DNA of 64,000 nt from Micavibrio sp. (lineage in GTDB: Bacteria; Pseudomonadota; Alphaproteobacteria; UBA2400). The notes beneath the pieces were generated by a model, which was given only the letters and a program-made list of their open reading frames with translations, did no database searches and was not told the DNA's origin. Position 1 is the first letter of the stretch. Every line of letters starts with the position of its first letter. The stretch is taken from the NCBI GenBank assembly GCA_040376705.1, contig JBEIQE010000005.1, forward strand, positions 64,156 to 128,155, read 5' to 3'. Below are positions 39,488-48,400 of the stretch, piece after piece. The translations under genes and the position numbers were made by a program.

Positions 39488-42244
39488 ATGCTCAGCGCCC
39501 TCTCCCGCCTCGTTTTAGGGAGCTCAACCGCCCGCAATCTCAAGCGCTACGAGAAGAATGTTGCCAAGATCAACGCGCTCGAACCCGCGATGATCGCCCT
39601 GTCGGACGAACAGCTGAAAGCCAAGACCGCCGAGTTCCGCGACCGCCTCGCCAAAGGCGCTACGGTTGACGACCTGCTGATCGAAGCTTTTGCGGTTGTG
39701 CGTGAAGCCGCCAAACGCACCATCGGTCAGCGCCACTTTGATGTGCAGCTCATGGGCGGTATGGCGCTGAACGACCGTTCGATTGCCGAAATGCGCACCG
39801 GCGAAGGTAAAACCCTCGTAGCAACCTTGGCGGTTTACCTCAACGCACTGCCGGGCAAGGGCGTGCATGTGGTTACCGTAAACGACTACCTCGCACGTCG
39901 CGACAGTAGCTGGATGAGCCAGATCTACGGCTTCCTTGGCCTCACCACCGGTGTGATTGTGCACGGCCTTGATGATACGCAGCGCCGCAATGCTTATGCC
40001 TGCGATATTACCTACGGTACCAATAACGAATTCGGGTTTGATTACCTGCGCGATAACATGAAGTATGGCCTGAATGAGATGGTCATGCGCGGCTTCCACT
40101 TTGCGGTGGTCGACGAAGTTGACTCGATCCTGGTTGACGAAGCCCGCACCCCGCTCATCATCTCCGGCCCCTCCACCGACTCATCCGATCTCTACCAGAA
40201 GATCGATGTGCTGATGAAAAAGCTGCAGCCCGAAGATTACGATAAGGAAGAAAAAACCAAGTCAGTCGTGCTGACCGAGCTGGGTACCGAGCGTATGGAA
40301 GAATGGCTGCGCGAAGCCGGCCTGCTCGAAATTGGCGGTCTTTATGATGTGCAGAACGTAGCGCTGGTCCACCATGTAAACGCTGCGCTTAAGGCGCATA
40401 AGCTGTTTACCAGCAATGTTGATTATCTGGTGAAGGACAACAAGGTCATCATCATCGATGAGTTTACCGGCCGCATGATGGAGGGCCGCCGTTATTCAGA
40501 CGGTCTGCATCAGGCGCTTGAAGCCAAAGAGCATGTGGCCATTCAGCGCGAAAACCAGACTCTCGCGAGCATCACCTTCCAGAACTACTTCCGCCTCTAC
40601 CCCAAGCTCGCAGGTATGACCGGTACGGCGATGACCGAAAAGCAGGAATTCGGCGAGATTTACGGCCTTGATGTAACCGTACTGCCCACCAACGTACCGG
40701 TTGCCCGTATAGACCATGAAGATGCGATCTATCTCAACCAGAAGGGCAAGTATCAGGCAATTATCCAGCTCATTAAAGAGTGCGCCGAGCGCCATCAGCC
40801 GGTGCTGGTCGGTACCGTTTCGATTGAAAAATCAGAGCTGCTCTCAGCCGCCCTCACCAAGGCGGGCGTGAAGCATAATGTGCTCAACGCCAAGTTCCAC
40901 GAGACCGAAGCCGAGATCGTCGCGCAGGCTGGCCGTCCGGGTGCAATTACCATCGCCACCAATATGGCAGGCCGCGGTACCGATATTCAGCTCGGTGGTA
41001 ACATCGAGATGCGCATCAAGAGCGAGCTCAAGGACATGCCGGAAGGCCCCGCACGTGATGATGCGATTGCTACCATTAAAACCGAAGTTATGGCCGCACG
41101 CGAGCTGGTACGCAATGTAGGTGGTCTGTTTGTTATTGGCACCGAGCGCCATGAATCACGCCGTATCGATAACCAGCTACGTGGCCGTTCGGGCCGTCAG
41201 GGCGACCCCGGTGCCTCAAAGTTCTTCCTCGCGCTTGATGACGACCTGATGCGCATTTTCGGCACCAACCGTTACGCTGGCATGATGGAAAAGATGGGCA
41301 TGACCGAAGACATGCCGGTGCACGACCGCTGGATTTCAAAAGCGCTCGAGAAAGCACAGCAGAAGGTTGAAGAGCGCAACTTCGATATTCGCAAAAACCT
41401 GCTGAAGTTCGATAACGTAATGAACGATCAGCGCAAGGTCATTTATGAGCAGCGCCGTGAGCTGATGGACAGCAAGGATGTATCCGACGTTATTCAGGAT
41501 ATGCGCCATGAAGTGATTGCCGATGCTGTGCGCGCGGCCATTCCCGAAGGGGCTTATGCCGAGCATTGGAACATCGAAGGTCTGACCGCCGATGCCAAGC
41601 GCGTGCTGGGTCTTGACCTGCCGATTGCCGCCTGGGCCGCTGAAGAAGGCATTGCCGAAATCGAAATCCGCGATCGCCTGACCAAGGAAGCTGACGAGCG
41701 TTATGCCGCCAAGGTGGCCAAGTATACGCCCGACCTCATGCGTCATGCCGAGAAAAACGTATTGCTGCAGCTGCTGGATCAGGGCTGGAAAGAGCATCTT
41801 CTGGGCCTCGACCATCTGCGTCAGGGCATCGGCCTGCGTTCGATGGGTCAGCGCGACCCGCTGAACGAATACAAGCGCGAAGCGTTTGAACTGTTCGGGG
41901 CACTGCTGGATAACCTGCGTGAGCAGGTAACACAGACCCTCATGCGCCTCGAGATTCGCGTGGCCACACCTGAGATGATGATGCCCCAGGGTCCGCGCCC
42001 GCAGGATATGCAGATGATACACCCCAGTGCCGAGCCGATGCTGGTCGGGGCCGAGGCCGAAGTGCCCAGCGCCATGCCCGCTGGCATGAGCCGCCAGGGC
42101 TCGGTGCCGATGCCCGCGCCCAAGCCGCTGCGCAAAATGGAAGTTGATCTGCGCGACCCCACCACCTGGGGCGATACCCCGCGCAATAACGTTTGCCCCT
42201 GCGGTTCGGGCAAGAAGTACAAACACTGCCACGGCAAGGTTTAA
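39488..42244 (+). CDS. secA: Preprotein translocase subunit SecA
   Basis: [41 protein letters not shown]-terminal [14 protein letters not shown]. Confidence 0.99.
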   Translation: MLSALSRLVLGSSTARNLKRYEKNVAKINALEPAMIALSDEQLKAKTAEFRDRLAKGATVDDLLIEAFAVVREAAKRTIGQRHFDVQLMGGMALNDRSIAEMRTGEGKTLVATLAVYLNALPGKGVHVVTVNDYLARRDSSWMSQIYGFLGLTTGVIVHGLDDTQRRNAYACDITYGTNNEFGFDYLRDNMKYGLNEMVMRGFHFAVVDEVDSILVDEARTPLIISGPSTDSSDLYQKIDVLMKKLQPEDYDKEEKTKSVVLTELGTERMEEWLREAGLLEIGGLYDVQNVALVHHVNAALKAHKLFTSNVDYLVKDNKVIIIDEFTGRMMEGRRYSDGLHQALEAKEHVAIQRENQTLASITFQNYFRLYPKLAGMTGTAMTEKQEFGEIYGLDVTVLPTNVPVARIDHEDAIYLNQKGKYQAIIQLIKECAERHQPVLVGTVSIEKSELLSAALTKAGVKHNVLNAKFHETEAEIVAQAGRPGAITIATNMAGRGTDIQLGGNIEMRIKSELKDMPEGPARDDAIATIKTEVMAARELVRNVGGLFVIGTERHESRRIDNQLRGRSGRQGDPGASKFFLALDDDLMRIFGTNRYAGMMEKMGMTEDMPVHDRWISKALEKAQQKVEERNFDIRKNLLKFDNVMNDQRKVIYEQRRELMDSKDVSDVIQDMRHEVIADAVRAAIPEGAYAEHWNIEGLTADAKRVLGLDLPIAAWAAEEGIAEIEIRDRLTKEADERYAAKVAKYTPDLMRHAEKNVLLQLLDQGWKEHLLGLDHLRQGIGLRSMGQRDPLNEYKREAFELFGALLDNLREQVTQTLMRLEIRVATPEMMMPQGPRPQDMQMIHPSAEPMLVGAEAEVPSAMPAGMSRQGSVPMPAPKPLRKMEVDLRDPTTWGDTPRNNVCPCGSGKKYKHCHGKV

Positions 42245-42261
42245 GCTTCGCGTATCAACAT

Positions 42262-42291
42262 AAAAGCCCACCCTGAACGGTGGGCTTTTTT
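42262..42291 (+). terminator. Rho-independent terminator after secA
   Basis: AAAAGCCCACC-ctgaac-GGTGGGCTTTTTT. Confidence 0.88.
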
Positions 42292-42328
42292 CTTGCGCTT
42301 GTGTCATGGTATTGGCTAGCGTGCGGGC

Positions 42329-43204
42329 ATGAGCCAGTCCCACATCAGCATCAACTGTGCTGCAGCGCCTTATAACCCGCTGCCGGTTATTGATGCTGCC
42401 TTTGCACAAGTGGCCCGCATCCGCGCCAACAGCACCGCGCCCATATTTATTCTCGCGGGCGAACAGCATAACGACCAGATCGAAACATTCCTGCCCTATG
42501 TGGCAGCCCATCGCGCTGGTTTACTGGGTGGCACTACAATTCCTCACCAGCTTGCGACCCTGCAATTTGCCCTCGAGCGCCCGCATGATACGCTGCAGAA
42601 GGATCTGACCAAGTTTAAGAAAGACCTTCCCGGTCTGATAAAGCCGCACGATAGGCCATCGGTTCAGCTCGCCCGCATCCTGAGTTTTTATGGCAATGGC
42701 GCTGGCAACCCACAGGATGCCTCACGCGTTATGCTCACGGCTTTTACAGATAACAACGTGCCACTGATCGCTGTCGATGCCAGTATCAAATGGGGCCGGG
42801 TCTTCCCGTTCCTTGACCCCAAGGATGAGCTGACGCGCCAGTTCATGCCTGACGGAGAACCAAGCCACCACCTCGGATTCATGGCGGGCGAACCCCGCGC
42901 AATGCATAGCCGCAACCGGCTTATGGCGCATTTGCTGCAGCAACAGGCGAGCACCCCCAACGCGCTGATCTGGATGAACTGCGGGTATGAGCACCTGTTT
43001 GACGATGCCAAGCACTCAGTGTCCGGCCTCGCAGGCCTGCTAAATGGTCATGTTCTGGTAATTGCCAATACGGCGCATCTGCCCGCCAGTCAGCCAGCAA
43101 CTGACGCATTAATCGTTTTCAGTGATCTGGCTGACACCAGGAATAGTCAAACTGCAACGGCGCATGTTTTGCGCCACCTCAGGCAGGCAACGCCCTCACC
43201 TTAA
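42329..43204 (+). CDS. Hypothetical protein, probable EreA/ChaN/TraB(TIKI)-like fold
   Basis: Ordered motifs ILAGEQH, FALERP, RNRLMA, CGYEHL. Confidence 0.6.
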   Translation: MSQSHISINCAAAPYNPLPVIDAAFAQVARIRANSTAPIFILAGEQHNDQIETFLPYVAAHRAGLLGGTTIPHQLATLQFALERPHDTLQKDLTKFKKDLPGLIKPHDRPSVQLARILSFYGNGAGNPQDASRVMLTAFTDNNVPLIAVDASIKWGRVFPFLDPKDELTRQFMPDGEPSHHLGFMAGEPRAMHSRNRLMAHLLQQQASTPNALIWMNCGYEHLFDDAKHSVSGLAGLLNGHVLVIANTAHLPASQPATDALIVFSDLADTRNSQTATAHVLRHLRQATPSP

Positions 43205-43262
43205 CGGCATTAACCATAATACCGGCTTGCACTGCGCCAAGCAGCATTGCTACCCTTCGTGC

Positions 43263-43856
43263 ATGCTTAACCGCTTCAACACCCTTGGCACTCGCGCCGC
43301 AGTACGCAGCGTTCAAAGCATCATGCCGCCGGCTCTGCCCGAGATTCAAGACTGGTTACGCAGCAGTGGCGTGCACAAGGCCACACTATTCGGCAGCTCG
43401 CTCTATGCCACCCAGCTGGGCCACCCTAACCGGATTAACGATCACGATCTGATTATTGGCCAGACCGATCTGCGTTGGTGGAAGCTGCGCGAGCGCCTGG
43501 CCCGCACCGCACGTATGGAATACTCAACCGACCACCCGCTGCAGCCCAAGCGGCTTTTCTATACCCTGCCCAGCGGCGTTAAAACCGATGTCTGCCTTTC
43601 ATACGCACCGCGCAGCCCGCGCTTCATGGCCGAGCATGCGCTGTTTGGCATTTCTGCCATTGCGGCAGATGTGTTCACCAAGCAGGTCTGGGTACGGCCT
43701 GAGTTTGAACAGCATATGCGTGAGCATGTCATCCGCCCGCTCAACACTGACGATACAGGCCTTATTCTCCGCTACGCCGATAAAATGTCTGACAAGTTCC
43801 CGGATTTCAGGGTTGATCTGGGCTCGGCCTACCGGCCCAAAAACCATTATGCCTGA
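43263..43856 (+). CDS. Stand-alone CCA/poly(A) polymerase-head-like nucleotidyltransferase, catalytic Asp intact
   Basis: LFGSS...NDHDL...KTDV...FGISAIAAD...KFPDF. Confidence 0.7.
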   Translation: MLNRFNTLGTRAAVRSVQSIMPPALPEIQDWLRSSGVHKATLFGSSLYATQLGHPNRINDHDLIIGQTDLRWWKLRERLARTARMEYSTDHPLQPKRLFYTLPSGVKTDVCLSYAPRSPRFMAEHALFGISAIAADVFTKQVWVRPEFEQHMREHVIRPLNTDDTGLILRYADKMSDKFPDFRVDLGSAYRPKNHYA

Positions 43857-43926
43857 TTAACCTATCTCGCCTTGCACAATAGCCACGCCGCTTGCTAGCC
43901 TGCCCGAAAGTAAACAGGGGGCAAAT

Positions 43927-44349
43927 ATGGGTGAGGCAGTTTCACAGGTCAGTCCACAATTCTCGGACCTCGTACGCCGGCGCGAGCTGAGCCTGGTCGC
44001 GCCAACGCGCCATGCCGAAGTCGCCGAGCAGCTTGATGACAGCATCATGCGCCCGCTGCTGGATGAGCAGCTACGCGAATGTATTTTCAACTTCGCACAA
44101 CTCGCCCAGCCTACCGGCACACGGATTGTCAGTGATAACGGGCTCGACCCTGTATTGGCCTATGCGCTCTTCACCGACATACCGGTTTTGCCGCAAGACC
44201 GGGCCGAAGCCGAAGAGCTGGCCTGCGATGAATTCCGCCGCCTCGCCGCACTGGATGATGAAAGCATTCCCGGTGCAGCGCTTACTTTATGCCCGAATGG
44301 CGAGGTTACCCTGCGCCCTGTCATGCAAATGAGGATGATTATACGATGA
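43927..44349 (+). CDS. Hypothetical acidic protein, 140 aa
   Basis: AGGGGG RBS, own promoter-like sequence, ATGA overlap with next gene. Confidence 0.7.
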   Translation: MGEAVSQVSPQFSDLVRRRELSLVAPTRHAEVAEQLDDSIMRPLLDEQLRECIFNFAQLAQPTGTRIVSDNGLDPVLAYALFTDIPVLPQDRAEAEELACDEFRRLAALDDESIPGAALTLCPNGEVTLRPVMQMRMIIR

Positions 44350-44864
44350 GCGAAACCTATGCCATTAACGGCCTGCAGTTCAGCCGCCCGTTCCGCACCA
44401 TCATCGAGCCGCACTTCCAGCTGCTCGAACTTGTGGGCGCTAAAGACGCACTGCTTTATGGCAGCTCCATCTGGGCGATCGACCATTTGCAGCTGCGGCC
44501 CGAGCAGCCGTTCAACTACCTCGCCTTCCTGCGGAAGTCGGAGCTGATGCCGATGGCGCGCAAAATGCAAACGACACTCGCCAATTCAGCGGTGGTCGTC
44601 ACCCCAAGAGCCAAGGAAATGGCCATCGAGTTCAAGGCGCGGTTCAATGCCAAGCCGCTTAACATCATCTTCTTCCACGAGCGAATGCCGAGCATTGCCG
44701 AAGTCATAGAAGCTGCCCCCACCGTGGCCGCTGCCGCCATCATGACGCGGCATCAGCAAATCGAGGTAAGCGCCGCCTACAACAACGCCCGCCAGCAAGG
44801 CGGTATTGCACCGCAACCGAATACCTCAGCCAAGAGCCATGCATTTAGTTGGATTTATGAGTAA
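44346..44864 (+). CDS. Degenerate nucleotidyltransferase-fold paralog
   Basis: ALLYGSSIWA...PFNYL...PLNIIF...AAPTVAAAAIM. Confidence 0.62.
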   Translation: MSETYAINGLQFSRPFRTIIEPHFQLLELVGAKDALLYGSSIWAIDHLQLRPEQPFNYLAFLRKSELMPMARKMQTTLANSAVVVTPRAKEMAIEFKARFNAKPLNIIFFHERMPSIAEVIEAAPTVAAAAIMTRHQQIEVSAAYNNARQQGGIAPQPNTSAKSHAFSWIYE

Positions 44865-44944
44865 TTTTATTGCTCAAAAAGATGTTGACGGGCAAATTTA
44901 AACCATACTAAGGTTCCTGCCATACAAATTTGCAGGAGCTTCTT

Positions 44945-45433
44945 ATGCAGCGCACAAACGACTCACCCGCGATCACCTCCGCCACCGCTCAGGCCTTCAA
45001 ATTCCTGAGCCAGCTTGGCCTGCGTGAACCGGTGGTCTTTGGCGAAGACGTGGACGCCAGCGCTACCAACAAGCGCAGCGGTAAAGTGCACCTGCAGGTG
45101 GTTGCCGCCCTGCCCGAAGGCCAGAACCCGGTGGCCAGCTGGTTGCGCCTGACGCAAAAGCTGAGCGCCGCCACCAGGCTCAACTCGCGCCGCGCCCCCG
45201 GCGAGATCATGCCACGCGAAGTGATGTTCTATAACGACCAGAGCCAGTTTGGCGTGCTCATCGGCTCGACCCATCTGCACGTGCAGGTAAGTGAGAAGCC
45301 GGTTGCTGCCATGGATATTCTGGCACGCCAGCCGGTCGAGCAGCAGGTAGCCGTGCATACAGCGCAAGGCAGCCTTGCACGTACCGAAACGCAGGCACGC
45401 AAAGACCTGCGCATGCAGCTGGAACTCGCATAA
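44945..45433 (+). CDS. Highly degenerate nucleotidyltransferase-fold paralog
   Basis: LSQLGLREPVVFGEDVDA...HLHVQVSEKP; AGGAG RBS. Confidence 0.5.
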   Translation: MQRTNDSPAITSATAQAFKFLSQLGLREPVVFGEDVDASATNKRSGKVHLQVVAALPEGQNPVASWLRLTQKLSAATRLNSRRAPGEIMPREVMFYNDQSQFGVLIGSTHLHVQVSEKPVAAMDILARQPVEQQVAVHTAQGSLARTETQARKDLRMQLELA

Positions 45434-45539
45434 ACAGCGATTAACTCAGCTGTCAGACTGACGCATGGGTAAGCGCAAAATTTCATACAATCGCGCTTGA
45501 CCTTGCGGGCCGAGAAGCCGAATAGAGCATCTTACCAAC

Positions 45540-46127
45540 ATGCTTATCAACGGCCCCATCTTCAGTTATGAGCCCGCCACCATCTCGGCCCTGTACGAGA
45601 ATGTGCTCACTCGTGATTTTGAACTGCTGCAGCGTATTGGTATGCGCGGTGCTGTGGCTTATGGCGATGCGCTGCGCGATGCCGATAACGAAAGCCCCAC
45701 ACATCAGTTCAATTACTATGGCCAGCTGCCACTGGCCAGCAGCAGCTTAACTGCGCTTAGCCTTGTGACCCGCGGCCTGTTGCGCGAGCTCAAGGGCACC
45801 GCCCTGCAAAGCCTGAAGGCCACACAAAACGATAACGCCATGCGCTTTACCTTTACGCTTGAGGGCCGCAAGCTCGACATTACCATGCTTAACAATTGCG
45901 CCCCAGGGGCCGAACTGGCTGCGCGCGCCGCGCCCATCGGCCTTTCGGGTATTGCTGTTAACGATCGGGGCTTCTGCTTCGCCAGCGAAGCCTACCTTGA
46001 CGATAAATCCCTAAAAACCATGACAATAAAACGTGACATGGACCCCAGCGATCGTCATTATGCCCGCAAGCAAGCAGGCTGCCTTTTGGCCCTGCCCGCT
46101 TACAAAGGTTTCAAAATCTGCGGGTGA
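45540..46127 (+). CDS. Degenerate nucleotidyltransferase-fold paralog
   Basis: AVAYGDALRDADN...QFNYY...KLDITM...APIGLSGIAVND...YLDD...YKGF. Confidence 0.68.
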   Translation: MLINGPIFSYEPATISALYENVLTRDFELLQRIGMRGAVAYGDALRDADNESPTHQFNYYGQLPLASSSLTALSLVTRGLLRELKGTALQSLKATQNDNAMRFTFTLEGRKLDITMLNNCAPGAELAARAAPIGLSGIAVNDRGFCFASEAYLDDKSLKTMTIKRDMDPSDRHYARKQAGCLLALPAYKGFKICG

Positions 46128-46133
46128 TTTAAC

Positions 46134-46709
46134 ATGGACCATACGCCTCGTGCCCTTCCACCTTATCTGGAAGAGCTTCGTGATCTTTCAAGCGCCATGG
46201 GCGTAACCAAATCACTGCTGGTAGGTAGCGCCTTGCGCGATGCCGATAACGGCATTCCGGTTACCTCCTACAGCCTCTACATGCTGCCCACGCGCGAAAT
46301 ACCCACCCATAAGGCAATTGAAATCTTCATCAAGGAAAGCGGCCCCGGCAGCCGCCTCATGCGCAGCTTTAACAACAAGCCACGACATGAAGTGCGTATG
46401 GCCACCGGCCAGATTGCCAATATCAACTTCTGCCATGAAGCCTGGATGCTTGAAGCCGAAACCATTGTTAATCGCGTTCCCAACGGACTCTCGGCCGTCG
46501 CGATGGATCTGTTCACGGGTGAGATCAAGAGAACCGAGCTTTATATGCTCGACCGCAATGAAGGCGTGATTACGCAAGCCGTTCCCTCACATGACCTCGG
46601 CAATCTGGTGGCCCTGAGTGTGCAAAAGCGCTACCCCACCTACCCGATTATGGCAGACGGTAACAAGCAGGTGCTATACCCGCCGCTCAAGAGCGTGGCG
46701 CTGGCTTAA
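46134..46709 (+). CDS. Degenerate nucleotidyltransferase-fold paralog
   Basis: LLVGSALRDADNGIPVTSYSL (cf. CCA enzyme VGGAVRD..LG...KDID), NGLSAVAMD, KRYPTY. Confidence 0.72.
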   Translation: MDHTPRALPPYLEELRDLSSAMGVTKSLLVGSALRDADNGIPVTSYSLYMLPTREIPTHKAIEIFIKESGPGSRLMRSFNNKPRHEVRMATGQIANINFCHEAWMLEAETIVNRVPNGLSAVAMDLFTGEIKRTELYMLDRNEGVITQAVPSHDLGNLVALSVQKRYPTYPIMADGNKQVLYPPLKSVALA

Positions 46710-46712
46710 CGC

Positions 46713-47387
46713 CTAGCGATTACGGTTGTTGCCGAAAGTCGGGCTGCGGAAAGTAAATTCGCTGCGGCGGAAGTTCTGATCGGTCTTGATGTCCGACAGC
46801 ATGACCTCAGTAGTCACGCCCTGCGCATCAAGCACGCGCCAGCCCAGAATCTGCATTGGCACTTCCTGCATCACCAGCGTCATTTCGCCAGCCTGCGGGT
46901 CTTTGGCCGAGCGCACGGTTACTTCCATTTGCGTAGGATTGGGGTGGCTGACCTTGGCCACCGTCACATCATCGCCACTGAAGTTGAGGTTACGCTTCAA
47001 GAGGAAGCCCGCCAGCGTATCGTCAATACCAGTCTGGCTCTGCTGCTTCATCGCATCATCCCACTGATAGATGTTGGTGCCATCCGCAATGATGAAATCC
47101 TTGCTCGGGGCATCGTACTGAATGTGTACGCGGCCCGGGCGCCAGAGCTTGAAATTGCCGGTTACCTCGCCCACGCTGCCGTCAAGCTGGGTGGCGCGCT
47201 GGGTAAAGCGTGCAGCCAAAGGCTTGAGGCCATTAAAGTAATCTTCGATGCGCTTGAGGTCGCGCTGGTCCTGCTCCGAAATGGTAATCGGCGCGGGTGC
47301 GTCATCCACAGGGGTTGCCGCCTGTGCAACAGGCAGGGCCGAAAAGACGAGAAGGGCTACAAGAGCAGGGCGAAGGAGCATGTTCAT
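46713..47387 (-). CDS. lolA: Outer-membrane lipoprotein carrier protein
   Basis: Signal peptide, ARFTQ, RPGR....Y..P, IIADG, W.VLDAQG..T.V.L. Confidence 0.88.
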   Translation of the reverse strand: MNMLLRPALVALLVFSALPVAQAATPVDDAPAPITISEQDQRDLKRIEDYFNGLKPLAARFTQRATQLDGSVGEVTGNFKLWRPGRVHIQYDAPSKDFIIADGTNIYQWDDAMKQQSQTGIDDTLAGFLLKRNLNFSGDDVTVAKVSHPNPTQMEVTVRSAKDPQAGEMTLVMQEVPMQILGWRVLDAQGVTTEVMLSDIKTDQNFRRSEFTFRSPTFGNNRNR

Positions 47388-47493
47388 ACCCGTTACTTTA
47401 GCAGGCCCCTACAAGCGCACAACGTGTCATTCCGTCCCTTGCGGCAAACTGTCAGCTGGGTGGGTAATTTGAAACCGCAATTCAGGCCCGAGT

Positions 47494-48330
47494 TCAAGCT
47501 GAAGCGAAATACAGCCAGTCTTCGCCAATCACGGCGTTTTCCTTGGGTAGCAGGATATAGCCGTCGGCCGGTGCTGTCAGCACACTGCCATCGCTATAGG
47601 TAGCCAGTAGCTCACCAGCTGTTACGGTTGAGAAATTCTCCCATTTCTTGGGGAAAGTGCCGTCCATCTTCTTGAAATGGATTTCACGCAGCGTGATGTA
47701 GCGTGGCTCATTAAGCGGCATGGGCGCTGCCATCAACCCAAAAAACTGCAAACTGGCCAAGGCAGCATCATAAGCGCGCTCGGGCGCAAGGGCATCGAGG
47801 TGCTGGCCGCACTCAAACGTCAGCGCCTTGCGGCCTACCTGATGGGCATATTCCTGCGTGCTCACTTCGCCATTATTCTCGAGGTGCAGCTCGGTCCAGC
47901 CCATCACCACATAATTGGCCCCCAGCTTGCCCACCCACTGGCGCGAAATGTCATCCGGAAAATCAAGGAATACATAAGGCTGTGTGGGTGCCGAGGTTGA
48001 ATGCAGGTCGAGCAGACAATCGGCAGCCGCCACCAGCGGACAGAGCGCGTTAGCCAGATGATGCTCATGCAGGGTTGGGTTGGCATGCGGGTGGAACACG
48101 CGGTTAAGGTTGGTATCGATATACTGTTTGCCCTGCTGCGCGGCTTTGGCGTTACACTGCGGCACGATGGTGAGCGTGCCTGTGGCAAGCTTCAGTTCGC
48201 CGCTTTCGAGCTGCTGCACCAGTTTGCGCGCAGCTATCTGTCCGCATACCTCTTTACCGTGAATACCGCCAAAGACCAGCAGATGCAGGCCTGCCTGCGC
48301 TGCTTTGAACGTGAATACCTCTGGCTGCAT
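47494..48330 (-). CDS. Succinylglutamate desuccinylase / aspartoacylase (AstE/AspA) family Zn hydrolase
   Basis: GGIHGKE, NLNRVF, LDLHST, TFECGQH. Confidence 0.88.
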   Translation of the reverse strand: MQPEVFTFKAAQAGLHLLVFGGIHGKEVCGQIAARKLVQQLESGELKLATGTLTIVPQCNAKAAQQGKQYIDTNLNRVFHPHANPTLHEHHLANALCPLVAAADCLLDLHSTSAPTQPYVFLDFPDDISRQWVGKLGANYVVMGWTELHLENNGEVSTQEYAHQVGRKALTFECGQHLDALAPERAYDAALASLQFFGLMAAPMPLNEPRYITLREIHFKKMDGTFPKKWENFSTVTAGELLATYSDGSVLTAPADGYILLPKENAVIGEDWLYFASA

Positions 48331-48349
48331 GGACTATCCTCACATGAAA

Positions 48350-48386
48350 ATGGCGTCAGCAACCATTGCTGGTACACTGACGCCAT
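48350..48386 (-). terminator. Hairpin between ATP-grasp gene and deacylase (terminator or processing site)
   Basis: ATGGCGTCAG...CTGACGCCAT 10-bp inverted repeat followed by a short T run on the minus strand. Confidence 0.45.
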
Positions 48387-48400
48387 CAAACGAACAAGCC

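Noticed and set aside
41336-42511. 391-aa minus-strand ORF, and similar long antisense ORFs over ptsP, the PPIase gene, the LpoA-like gene and ftsK
   Set aside because: They overlap well-supported genes on the opposite strand and have no recognisable motifs.
43263-46709. NTase array as CBASS/cGAS-like or MNT-HEPN toxin-antitoxin system
   Set aside because: The proteins are too short for CD-NTases, no Cap effector or HEPN RxxxxH partner was seen, and motifs fit the CCA/PAP head better. A defence role is not excluded.
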